Shown: positions 1-8,330 of the stretch, one piece after another
How positions within the stretch are numbered: the stretch's first letter is position 1
Layout of the letters: each line of letters starts with the position of its first letter
DNA from: Thermodesulfobacteriota bacterium
GTDB taxonomy: Bacteria; Desulfobacterota; Desulfobacteria; Desulfobacterales; C00003060
NCBI GenBank assembly: GCA_034189385.1
Contig: JAXHVD010000004.1
Span: forward strand, 32,001 to 96,000
Direction of reading: 5' to 3'
DNA: 64,000 nt
Program-made: the position numbers and the translations under genes
The notes under the pieces: model-generated
Database searches by the model: none
What the model saw: the letters and a program-made list of their open reading frames with translations, nothing else
What the model was told of the DNA's origin: nothing

Positions 1-2
1 AC

Positions 3-935
3 ATCCTTCCCGTAGTGGCCGAGTCAGATGCATCCATCCTCGTTGTGGGTGAAACAGGGACCGGCAAGGACATGTTTGCCCGGGCCACCCACAACATGAG
101 TCACCGCAAAGGAGGCCCATTCGTAAAGGTCAATTGTGCTGCGGTGCCTGACAATCTTCTAGAGTCGGAGCTCTTTGGGTATAGACAGGGGGCCTTCACC
201 GACGCCAAAAGGGACAAACCCGGAAGGTTTCAGCTGGCCGAAGGAGGCACCATCTTCCTTGATGAAATCGGTGACCTCTCTCAAAATCTCCAGGCAAAGC
301 TGCTTCAGGTGTTGGACGAGAAAGAGTTTTACCCTTTAGGATCCAGGCAGCCCGCCAAGGTCGATGTGAAGGTCGTGGCCTCGACCAACAGAAATTTGCC
401 TGAGATGGTGCAAGAGGGGACCTTCCGAGCGGACCTCTACTATCGACTCCGGGTCATCGAACTCGAGATCCCACCTCTGCGGGAGAGGGCCTCGGACATC
501 CCCCTGCTGATCGATCACTTTATCGCAGAGATTGGATCCAGCCTAGGGAAAGAGATCTCAGGTGTAAGGACGGATGCCATGAAGGTTCTTCTCAACTATG
601 CCTATCCGGGAAATGTCCGGCAGCTGAAGAATATGATCGAACATGCAGTGATCCTTTGCCAGCAAGGAGACATATGCAAGGACCATCTCCCTGAATATGT
701 TTTTGATGCCCACGCAAACAAAGCGCCCCCTTCGGCCGCCCTGCCTCATTTTCACGGTGCCCCTACGCAACTGCTGCAAGCAAAAGAAAGAGAGGCCCTC
801 TTTGAGGCCCTCGCCACCCACGGATGGAATATCCAGAAGACGTCAAAGTCCCTCCACATTAATCGCACCACCCTCTGGCGCAAGATGAAAAAGCATGGCC
901 TGTCTTCGAGGCAAACACCGGCAACGGCTGTTTAA
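3..935 (+). CDS. sigma-54-dependent Fis-family transcriptional activator (5' truncated by window)
   Basis: Walker A GETGTGKD, ESELFG..GAFTDA loop, FLDEIG Walker B, FRADLYYRL, C-terminal Fis HTH (INRTTLWRKMK); frame is open to the window edge. Confidence 0.95.
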   Translation: MLPVVAESDASILVVGETGTGKDMFARATHNMSHRKGGPFVKVNCAAVPDNLLESELFGYRQGAFTDAKRDKPGRFQLAEGGTIFLDEIGDLSQNLQAKLLQVLDEKEFYPLGSRQPAKVDVKVVASTNRNLPEMVQEGTFRADLYYRLRVIELEIPPLRERASDIPLLIDHFIAEIGSSLGKEISGVRTDAMKVLLNYAYPGNVRQLKNMIEHAVILCQQGDICKDHLPEYVFDAHANKAPPSAALPHFHGAPTQLLQAKEREALFEALATHGWNIQKTSKSLHINRTTLWRKMKKHGLSSRQTPATAV

Positions 936-939
936 TCCT

Positions 940-955
940 TGCAACATAAGTTGCA
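940..955. promoter_or_regulatory. palindrome TGCAAC-ATAA-GTTGCA, candidate enhancer-binding-protein site
   Basis: Perfect 6-bp inverted repeat about 180 bp upstream of a sigma-54 promoter; a second IR CGTTTCA-N12-TGAAACG lies at 1019-1044. Confidence 0.5.
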
Positions 956-1122
956 TCACCCACCGTTGTTGCGAATGCTTTGTTTTTTCTCTTTAAAACG
1001 GACATCATCCAGCCGTTTCGTTTCATATGTGCGACACTGAAACGGAGCGCAGGGTCTCCGTAATGTTCGTCCTCCTTACCATATCCAACTGAGTTTACAC
1101 CGTTTTGCTTCGTTAAACCAGA

Positions 1123-1139
1123 TTGGCATGACGTTTGCT
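1123..1139 (+). promoter_or_regulatory. sigma-54 (-24/-12) promoter
   Basis: TTGGCATGACGTTTGCT: GG-N10-GC spacing with TTGC at -12, directly downstream of a sigma-54 activator gene. Confidence 0.8.
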
Positions 1140-1151
1140 CTAGGGAAAGAC

Positions 1152-1484
1152 ATGGCAAGTAAACTCGCAGTGTGTCAGCTGAACGATCGCATTGCTCCAC
1201 GGTTCGACCAGTGTCCAGAACTCGTGTTGGTGACCCTGGACAACAGTGGCGCAGTCAAGGAAAAGAAGGTGCTTCCCATAGCCAATCTGAAACCTCAGGA
1301 CGTGGCAGATCTTTTGAGCCGGCTAGACGTAAAGACATTAATCTGCGGCGGCGTGAAGGAAGATTCCCAACAAGCTTTGAAAAAATTCAACATCGAATTA
1401 ATCGACAATATCATCGGAAATGTGCAGGATGTTCTCACACGTTATAGCAAAGGAAAGCTGAACCGGGGAAATACACTACAATAA
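1152..1484 (+). CDS. NifB/NifX-family (FeMo-cofactor biosynthesis domain) protein
   Basis: RIAPRFDQC..., VKTLICGG motif, about 110 aa; ATG 1152 preferred because ATG 1128 lies inside the promoter. Confidence 0.8.
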   Translation: MASKLAVCQLNDRIAPRFDQCPELVLVTLDNSGAVKEKKVLPIANLKPQDVADLLSRLDVKTLICGGVKEDSQQALKKFNIELIDNIIGNVQDVLTRYSKGKLNRGNTLQ

Positions 1485-1530
1485 AGAAATGTCGCCATGA
1501 ATCGTCAACCCCAGCGGGAAGGGGAAAGCC

Positions 1531-2025
1531 ATGAGCGAAAGAGAAACCATCCGAGTTCTTCTGGTAGACGATGAGGAGCAGTTGACCGAATACCTCTCGA
1601 AACGGCTCTTGAAAAAAGGCTTCACCGTAAAGGCCACATTCTCTGGAGAAGAGGCCGTCGATGCCGCGCTGGAAGAGCATTATGACGTGGCAGTAGTGGA
1701 CCTGAAGATGCCCGAGATGGACGGAGTAGAGTGCCAAAAGAGGCTCAAGAAGATCCAACCCTTCCTTCAGTGCGTCGTACTCACAGGCCATGGGTCCATA
1801 GAGACAGCCTTAGAAAGCGGCCAGGAGGATGCATTTCAGTATCTCCTTAAGCCGGTTGATTACGAGAATCTGCTGGCTGTTATTAATGAAGCCTACAGCA
1901 AAAAAGTGGAGTTGCAGCGCAGCAAGTTCAGCGAGCAAGTCGCGGAAATCCAGAGTGCAGGGCTGGGGCCGCGTGGCTTAAGAAGGGCCATAAAAGAGTT
2001 GCGCCAGATCTATGGGATCGAATAG
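1531..2025 (+). CDS. response regulator (receiver domain plus short helical tail)
   Basis: VLLVDDE, VVDLKMP, LTGHG, LLKP. Confidence 0.92.
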   Translation: MSERETIRVLLVDDEEQLTEYLSKRLLKKGFTVKATFSGEEAVDAALEEHYDVAVVDLKMPEMDGVECQKRLKKIQPFLQCVVLTGHGSIETALESGQEDAFQYLLKPVDYENLLAVINEAYSKKVELQRSKFSEQVAEIQSAGLGPRGLRRAIKELRQIYGIE

Positions 2026-2120
2026 CTCGGCATTGGCCTTGGTATTGAGGCTGACGTAAGAACTGCAGGGCTATGAAACGGAGTTAGAGCAAACCATAAA
2101 CTCATGAGGATGATAACCCT

Positions 2121-2699
2121 ATGGATGAAGACGGCCAATTAGGTATACAAGCCTCGAAGGGGCCTGATGGGGCCCCCACCGCCTTTCAAACGGCCCAAGG
2201 CAGAAGATTTTTCATTTACCCTTTCGCTCTTACTTTCATCATTATGTTGGGCATCTGGGTCCTTCTTTCCGGGAAGTTTGATCCCTTTCATATGAGCCTT
2301 GGGCTCATCTCTTGTGGAATTGTCTCCTTTCTTTCTTCTGACCTGTTGTTCGATTCTCCGAAAATTAGGGGGCTTCTGCGTCAGTGGGGTCGGTTCATAA
2401 GATACCTCCCCTGGCTAATGCTTGAAATCATCAAGGCCAATCTTCACGTGACCTATCTGGTATTTCATCCCAGGATGATGGAGCTCATCGACCCGAGGAT
2501 TGTCAAGTTTCGAAGCAAGCTGAAAAGCGACTTAGCTCTGGTGACCTTTGCCAATTCAATTACACTCACCCCCGGCACCATTACGGTTTATGTGTCGATT
2601 GATGGAGATTTTAAGGTCCATGCCATCGACAAGGCCTCTGGCGATCCCTTGCCGGGGGCCATGGAAGCAAACATTGCCAAGGCATTCGGTGAGGTCTAA
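2121..2699 (+). CDS. mrpE: Mrp/Mnh antiporter subunit E
   Basis: ANSITLTPGT motif, N-terminal TM helices. Confidence 0.92.
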   Translation: MDEDGQLGIQASKGPDGAPTAFQTAQGRRFFIYPFALTFIIMLGIWVLLSGKFDPFHMSLGLISCGIVSFLSSDLLFDSPKIRGLLRQWGRFIRYLPWLMLEIIKANLHVTYLVFHPRMMELIDPRIVKFRSKLKSDLALVTFANSITLTPGTITVYVSIDGDFKVHAIDKASGDPLPGAMEANIAKAFGEV

Positions 2700-2986
2700 T
2701 GGATAACGTCTTCTTGTATGCAGGTCTTTATTTGGCTTTTTTGATGCTCCTTTCTCTTTACCGCCCTGTATTTGGCCCCACGGTCGTGGACCGCATGATC
2801 GGCGTCAACGCCATTGGGAGCAAGACCACGGTATTACTGATCTTGATCGGCCTTATCTTTCATAGGGTGGATATGTTTGTGGACATTGCGCTGGCTTACG
2901 CCATGCTAAACTTCCTCGCGGTGCTGGCCGCTTCCAGATACTTCCAAAAGCGCAAGGGATTGTACGATGAACCACCCTATAGGTAG
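2699..2986 (+). CDS. mrpF: Mrp/Mnh antiporter subunit F
   Basis: GPTVVDR motif, DIALAYA, 3 TM helices, coupled start/stop. Confidence 0.92.
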   Translation: MDNVFLYAGLYLAFLMLLSLYRPVFGPTVVDRMIGVNAIGSKTTVLLILIGLIFHRVDMFVDIALAYAMLNFLAVLAASRYFQKRKGLYDEPPYR

Positions 2987-3053
2987 AAGCTCTTCAGATC
3001 AAAGTAAAACAAGGTCATGGGATCCGGACCATAGACTTGGGAGATTCTGAACA

Positions 3054-3377
3054 ATGGATGTTATTGTATGCTTGCTTTTAGTTGCCGGTCTGTTCTTCTT
3101 TACCGGCGGCGCTGTGGGGATTCTGCGGTTCCCTGATTTTTATTCCAGGCTCCATCCAGCCGGCAAACTCGACACCTTGGGCTCTCTTTTGGCCATGATC
3201 GCCCTTGCCCTGTTCAACCTGCACCATTTTTCTCTGGGCACCGTCCTGACCAGCCTCAAGATCATGTTGATCTTGGTCTTTGTGTTTCTGGCCAGCCCCA
3301 CGGCCACCCACGCCATTGTGGACGCGGGGGTCAGGGCCGGTCTGGCGCCTTGGACCAAAGGAGAGGAGAGGAGATAG
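3054..3377 (+). CDS. mrpG: Mrp/Mnh antiporter subunit G
   Basis: RFPDFYSRLH and P-x-A-x-HA motifs. Confidence 0.92.
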   Translation: MDVIVCLLLVAGLFFFTGGAVGILRFPDFYSRLHPAGKLDTLGSLLAMIALALFNLHHFSLGTVLTSLKIMLILVFVFLASPTATHAIVDAGVRAGLAPWTKGEERR

Positions 3378-3380
3378 CCC

Positions 3381-3626
3381 ATGATCTGGCAGTTGGATTT
3401 GGCCATTCTCACTTTGGTCGTCATAGCAGGAATCGCCGCCATCACGGTCAAGGATCTTCTGGGGGCTGCTATCCTGTTTGGGGCTTACAGCTTCATGATG
3501 TGTCTGCTCTGGTCCATCATGGGGGCGGTAGACGTCTCCTTTACCGAGGCCTCCGTGGGGGCCGGTGTGAGTACAGTCTTTTTTGTTGCGGCTGTTTTTC
3601 GTACGACGAGGAGGACAAGAGATTGA
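3381..3626 (+). CDS. DUF4040 / MrpA-C-terminal-like small subunit
   Basis: AVDVSFTEASVGAG motif, 3 TM helices. Confidence 0.88.
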   Translation: MIWQLDLAILTLVVIAGIAAITVKDLLGAAILFGAYSFMMCLLWSIMGAVDVSFTEASVGAGVSTVFFVAAVFRTTRRTRD

Positions 3627-4450
3627 AGATCATAGGACTCATCATTGCACTTTCAACAGGCGTATTGTTGATTTGCGCTACGGGCGACTTCCCAAGGTGG
3701 GCCGACCCGGCCTCTCCTGCTAGTACACATCTGTCTCCGCACTTCATTGAAAAGACCATGGAGGAAACCTCCGTTCCCAACATCGTCACCGCAGTCCTTG
3801 CGGACTACCGAGGTTATGACACCATGTATGAAACGGCGGTGATTTTTACGGCAGGGCTGGCCTGTTTTATCCTGCTCCGCATCTTTGTGAAAGAAGAGCC
3901 CGGCGATAGGCTTTATCGCCATCTTCTGACCGGCGTGACCGTTCGGGTCAAAGAGGGCACAAAGCTGCCGCCGTCTGAGGACTTTGAGAGGATCGACGCC
4001 ACGTGGACCCCGCCCGATCTGATCATCAAAACGATTTGCCGGTTCCTCATCCCTTTTATTCAGCTTTTTGCCTTGTACGTCATTGCCCATGGACACCACA
4101 GCCCCGGCGGAGGGTTCCAGGGCGGTGTTATCCTCGGAGCCAGTATCATCCTGCTGGCTATCTCCCAGGATCTGAGAACGTCTGTACGACGGATGCGCGA
4201 AAAGCTGGATGCTGTTCTTTGTGCTGTCGGTGTGATCATCTATGCAGGTACAGGGGCCCTTTGTCTCCTGTTAGGACTCAATTTCCTAGATTACAGTGCG
4301 CTCGCCTCCGTGCTCCATTGCGACCCCGTTACCGCGCGATCCCATGGCATTCTCATTGTTGAGATCGGTGTGGGAATTGCTGTCATGTGCACGATGATAT
4401 GGATCTATAACAATGTCTCATCCATCGGTAAATATGATGAAGGGCTTTAA
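3623..4450 (+). CDS. mrpB: Mrp/Mnh antiporter subunit B
   Basis: NIVTAVLADYRGYDT..E and HGHHSPGGGFQGG motifs; TTG start at 3623 behind a GAGGAGG RBS, overlapping the upstream stop. Confidence 0.9.
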   Translation: MKIIGLIIALSTGVLLICATGDFPRWADPASPASTHLSPHFIEKTMEETSVPNIVTAVLADYRGYDTMYETAVIFTAGLACFILLRIFVKEEPGDRLYRHLLTGVTVRVKEGTKLPPSEDFERIDATWTPPDLIIKTICRFLIPFIQLFALYVIAHGHHSPGGGFQGGVILGASIILLAISQDLRTSVRRMREKLDAVLCAVGVIIYAGTGALCLLLGLNFLDYSALASVLHCDPVTARSHGILIVEIGVGIAVMCTMIWIYNNVSSIGKYDEGL

Positions 4451-4453
4451 GTT

Positions 4454-4858
4454 ATGGGTGATCTAATTCAAATCGTTGTCGCCAAGTACAATTACTGGAT
4501 CTATATCACTCTCATGATGATCGGCCTCTATGCCATGATCGCGAAAAATAACCTGGTCAAGAAGATCGTGGGTATGAATATCTTTCAAACAGCTATCATC
4601 TTGTTCTACGTGTCCACCGGTGCAAAAAGAGGGGCCACCATCCCTATCTTAGAGCATGGCCATGGCGAGCACGGTGCCGGGGCGCATGTGGTGCATGCTG
4701 TGGACTACATCAATCCACTGCCCCATGTGCTCATGCTTACCGCCATCGTGGTGGCCGTGGCCACCCTTGGCGTGGCCCTGGCCCTGGCTATAAGAGTCTA
4801 TAACCGGTATGACACCTTGGAAGAAGATGAAATCTTAGCGAAGATAAGGGAAAAATGA
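4454..4858 (+). CDS. mrpC: Mrp/Mnh antiporter subunit C
   Basis: NPLPHVLMLTAIVV motif. Confidence 0.93.
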   Translation: MGDLIQIVVAKYNYWIYITLMMIGLYAMIAKNNLVKKIVGMNIFQTAIILFYVSTGAKRGATIPILEHGHGEHGAGAHVVHAVDYINPLPHVLMLTAIVVAVATLGVALALAIRVYNRYDTLEEDEILAKIREK

Positions 4859-6351
4859 GCCAACAATATCCTGCACTACTTGTCATTGTGCCCCTCCTTT
4901 CGGCCTTAGTTATCAGTGCTGCCGGATGGATAAACAAAAGACTCTGTTTTCCAATTGCCGTTGCAGCCCTGGGCGTGGCGGCCTATTCATCCATTGGCCT
5001 GCTATTAAGGGTCTTAGACGAAGGGGCGATCGTTTATCGGTTGGGAGGATGGGACCCGCCAATGGGGATTGCCTATTATGTGGATCATCTCAACGGGCTG
5101 GTTCTGGCAGTGGTTTCAGTCGTTGCCTTCCTTAATCTGATAGCGAGCAAAAAGAGCATTGAACTCGAGTTGCCGGACAAAACAGCTCCCTTTTACGCAT
5201 TGTATGTCTTACAGGTCACCGGTCTTTTAGGTATCGTGGCCACCGGAGATGCCTTCAACCTGTACGTGCTGCTGGAGATTACGGCGCTCAGCGGCTACGC
5301 CATGCTTGCCATGGGGAAGGACCGCGCTCAGCTTTCCACGCTCAATTATCTCTACATGGGTACTATTGGGGCGTGCTTCTATCTGTTGGGCGTTGGTTAT
5401 CTCTATATTGTCACTGGTTCGCTGAACATGGTAGACATTGCCAATATTTTGCCTTCCCTTTATGAGTCCAAGGCCGTGCTGGGCGCTTTTATCATCTGTT
5501 TGGTCGGTGTCTGGGTCAAGATGGCCTTCTTCCCGCTCCATGCCTGGCTCCCCAATGCGTATACACACGGCCCTTCTGCGGCCAGCAGTTTGATTGCCCC
5601 CTTGGTAACCAAGGTGATGATCTATGTGATGATTCGCCTCATTTTGACTGTTTTTACGCCGGAGTTTGCCTTCAACATCCTGGCCATAAGCAAGCCCATT
5701 GTCTGGCTTGCCTGCATTGCCATTTTTATGGGGGCCATCCTTGCCCTGGCAGAGCGCAATCTGAAGAAGATGTTGACCTACATCATTGTGGCAGAAGTGG
5801 GCTACATGGTTGGTGGGGCGTGGCTTGGGAATCGGGCGGGCATGACCGGGGCCATCCTCCACATCGTTAACGACGCCCTCATGACCTTGTGCGCCTTTTT
5901 GGTCGTAAGCAACATTGCCTACAAACTCAAAGGATATGCCTTTGACGATATCAAAGGGTTGGTCCGAAAGATGCCCTTCACTATGGGGGCCCTAGTGATC
6001 GGGGCCTTGTCCATTATCGGGGTGCCCCCCACGTGCGGGTTTTTTAGCAAATGGTATCTCATCTCTGGGGCGATTCAGGCCAGCCAATATGCCTTTATGG
6101 TAGCATTGCTGTTTAGCAGTCTGGTGAATGTGGTGCTTTTTTTCAGGGTCATAGAGATTTGTTACTATGAGCCTTTTAGCGACGATGGGGCCCATGGGCA
6201 CGGGCCTCCTTCAGAACCCATGGCAGAGGCCCCGCTCACCATGCTGGTCCCCCTTTTCATCGTTGCCGCAGGGCTGGTCTTGGTGGGTATTTATACGGGC
6301 GACATTGTAAACAAGATTATCGAATTTGCCATACCACAAGGTATTGTTTAG
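4855..6351 (+). CDS. mrpD: Mrp antiporter subunit D family protein (copy 1)
   Basis: GDAFNLYVLLE, KMAFFPLHAWLPNAY, GFFSKW; about 14 TM helices. Confidence 0.92.
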   Translation: MSQQYPALLVIVPLLSALVISAAGWINKRLCFPIAVAALGVAAYSSIGLLLRVLDEGAIVYRLGGWDPPMGIAYYVDHLNGLVLAVVSVVAFLNLIASKKSIELELPDKTAPFYALYVLQVTGLLGIVATGDAFNLYVLLEITALSGYAMLAMGKDRAQLSTLNYLYMGTIGACFYLLGVGYLYIVTGSLNMVDIANILPSLYESKAVLGAFIICLVGVWVKMAFFPLHAWLPNAYTHGPSAASSLIAPLVTKVMIYVMIRLILTVFTPEFAFNILAISKPIVWLACIAIFMGAILALAERNLKKMLTYIIVAEVGYMVGGAWLGNRAGMTGAILHIVNDALMTLCAFLVVSNIAYKLKGYAFDDIKGLVRKMPFTMGALVIGALSIIGVPPTCGFFSKWYLISGAIQASQYAFMVALLFSSLVNVVLFFRVIEICYYEPFSDDGAHGHGPPSEPMAEAPLTMLVPLFIVAAGLVLVGIYTGDIVNKIIEFAIPQGIV

Positions 6352-6405
6352 TGAAGGAAAGGCATATCAGACTTGCATCCTACTAACTATTAACAAGGCA
6401 TTGAT

Positions 6406-7884
6406 ATGGAAACGATGATATCCATAAAGCCCCTGCTAGCTGTCCTTGTCTCCTTGTTGATCACGCCTATCCTGGTCTCCAGCCGAGCGCCGAATGTCCG
6501 GGAAGCATGGACCTTTGTGGCAGCCGTTGCAAAGTTCTTGATTGTCCTATCTATGCTTCCCACCATCATGAAAGGGACAGAGATCGTCTACACGGTAGCG
6601 GAGTTTCTGCCCGGGGCAGCAATCAAGTTCAGGGTTGATGCCTTGGGGATGCTCTTTGCCCTTGTCTCTTCCTCCCTCTGGATCATCACTTCCGCATACT
6701 CCATCGGCTACATGCGAGGGCTGAAGGAACACAGCCAGACCCGCTATTTTGTCTTCTTTGCCTTCGCCCTTTCAGCGACTGTTGGTGTGGCTTTTTCAGC
6801 AAACTTGTTAACCATGTACCTGTTTTACGAGATGCTGTCTCTGGCGACTTATCCTTTGGTCACGCACCATCAGGACCATGAGGCTCGAAGCTCAGGGCGA
6901 AAATATCTCCTTTACATCGTGGGTACGTCTATCGGCCTTGCATTGCCGGCCATGCTGATATCGTACAACCTGGCCGGCACCCTGGAGTTTGGAAAACAAG
7001 GCTTCTTGGCGGGAACGGCCTCCAAGCCCTTGATTGGTCTCCTTCTTTTCATGTTCCTTTTTGGGTTTGCCAAGGCAGCGATTATGCCCTTTCACTCCTG
7101 GTTGCCTGCAGCCATGGTGGCACCCACGCCTGTCAGCGCCTTGTTGCATGCAGTGGCCGTTGTAAAGGTAGGTGTTTTTAGCGTTGTTCGCGTGCTCACC
7201 GGGGTCTTCGGAACAGACCTATTGTTTTCCCTTGATTTCGGCCCCGTCATTCTCTTGGTTGCATCGGCCACGATTCTTATCGGCTCATTCATTGCCCTTT
7301 CTCAAGACGGCTTGAAGCGGCTTCTCGCCTATTCGACCATTGCGCAATTGTCGTATATCGTACTCGGCGTGGGCCTGCTCTCCCCAAAGGGGATCACCGG
7401 CGGCATGGTCCATATTGCCATGCACGCCTTTGGTAAGATCACCCTCTTTTTCTGTGCAGGCGCCATCTTTGTGGCCACGGGCAAGAAGAACATCAGCGAG
7501 ATGGTGGGCATCGGCAGGAGGATGCCCGTGACCATGGCGGCCTTTTTTATTGCCTCATTGAGTATCATCGGGATGCCCCCTTGCGGGGGTTTCGTCAGCA
7601 AATGGTACCTTGTCCTGGGATCGCTCGAAGCCCACCAGATGCCGATCCTCTATGTCTTGCTCTTCAGTTCCCTGCTGAATGCGGCTTACTTCATGCCTAT
7701 TGTTTACAGGGCCTTCTTCTGCAGGCCCGAAGAGGCCATGTTTGAAAATACCGTACAAGAGGCCCCGCCATTTTGCGTGGTGCCCTTGGTGATCACCGCC
7801 GTGATCTCCGTGATACTGCTTTTTTACCCCCAACCTTTTTTCAACTTGGCCAGTATGATGGTACAGCAAATAACAGGGACGTAA
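6406..7884 (+). CDS. Mrp antiporter subunit D family / proton-conducting membrane transporter (copy 2)
   Basis: LFYEM, KAAIMPFHSWLP..MVAPTPVSALLH, LLAYST. Confidence 0.9.
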   Translation: METMISIKPLLAVLVSLLITPILVSSRAPNVREAWTFVAAVAKFLIVLSMLPTIMKGTEIVYTVAEFLPGAAIKFRVDALGMLFALVSSSLWIITSAYSIGYMRGLKEHSQTRYFVFFAFALSATVGVAFSANLLTMYLFYEMLSLATYPLVTHHQDHEARSSGRKYLLYIVGTSIGLALPAMLISYNLAGTLEFGKQGFLAGTASKPLIGLLLFMFLFGFAKAAIMPFHSWLPAAMVAPTPVSALLHAVAVVKVGVFSVVRVLTGVFGTDLLFSLDFGPVILLVASATILIGSFIALSQDGLKRLLAYSTIAQLSYIVLGVGLLSPKGITGGMVHIAMHAFGKITLFFCAGAIFVATGKKNISEMVGIGRRMPVTMAAFFIASLSIIGMPPCGGFVSKWYLVLGSLEAHQMPILYVLLFSSLLNAAYFMPIVYRAFFCRPEEAMFENTVQEAPPFCVVPLVITAVISVILLFYPQPFFNLASMMVQQITGT

Positions 7885-7887
7885 GTC

Positions 7888-8028
7888 ATGATTGAAGAAA
7901 GAAGCGACGAGATAGAAGGAAAGATGGAACTGGGTCACGAGCCCATCCCGCCGTACAAGACAGTCTTTTTCATAGCCATTACCATCGGCGTCCTGTACCT
8001 TGGTTTTATTCTCTTTAAGACGCTTTGA
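7888..8028 (+). CDS. 46-aa single-TM small protein (not in ORF track)
   Basis: MIEERSDEIEGKMELGHEPIPPYKTVFFIAITIGVLYLGFILFKTL*; starts 3 nt after the upstream stop and fills the operon gap. Confidence 0.7.
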   Translation: MIEERSDEIEGKMELGHEPIPPYKTVFFIAITIGVLYLGFILFKTL

Positions 8029-8069
8029 TCAAGAAACGATGCCACATACTGGATAGGAGAACACTCATA

Positions 8070-8330
8070 ATGAAGGAAGAAGGCCAGAACGAAAAGAAAT
8101 ATCTTTTCGATAATCCCAGAAACGTTAATAGACTCCTTGGGTGTTTCTTTTCATCCCTGGGTGTCTTGCTCATTATTGACCTTTTTGTCCACAAGCACCC
8201 CCATTTTCCTTGGGAGGGTTGGCTGGAATTTTATGCTACCTATGGATTTGTGGCCTGCGTGGCACTTGTTCTCGCAGCAAAATACATCCTGCGGCCCATC
8301 ATGAAGAGACGAGAGGATTACTATGATTAG
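8070..8330 (+). CDS. small 2-TM hypothetical protein of the Mrp-like cluster
   Basis: AGGAG RBS; FDNPRNV...HPHFPWE...FYATYGFVAC...MKRREDYY; overlaps the next start. Confidence 0.8.
   Translation: MKEEGQNEKKYLFDNPRNVNRLLGCFFSSLGVLLIIDLFVHKHPHFPWEGWLEFYATYGFVACVALVLAAKYILRPIMKRREDYYD

Noticed and set aside
3350..3622. N-terminal extension of the mrpB ORF (3350 start)
   Set aside because: Overlaps the real DUF4040 gene in another frame; TTG at 3623 has a proper RBS
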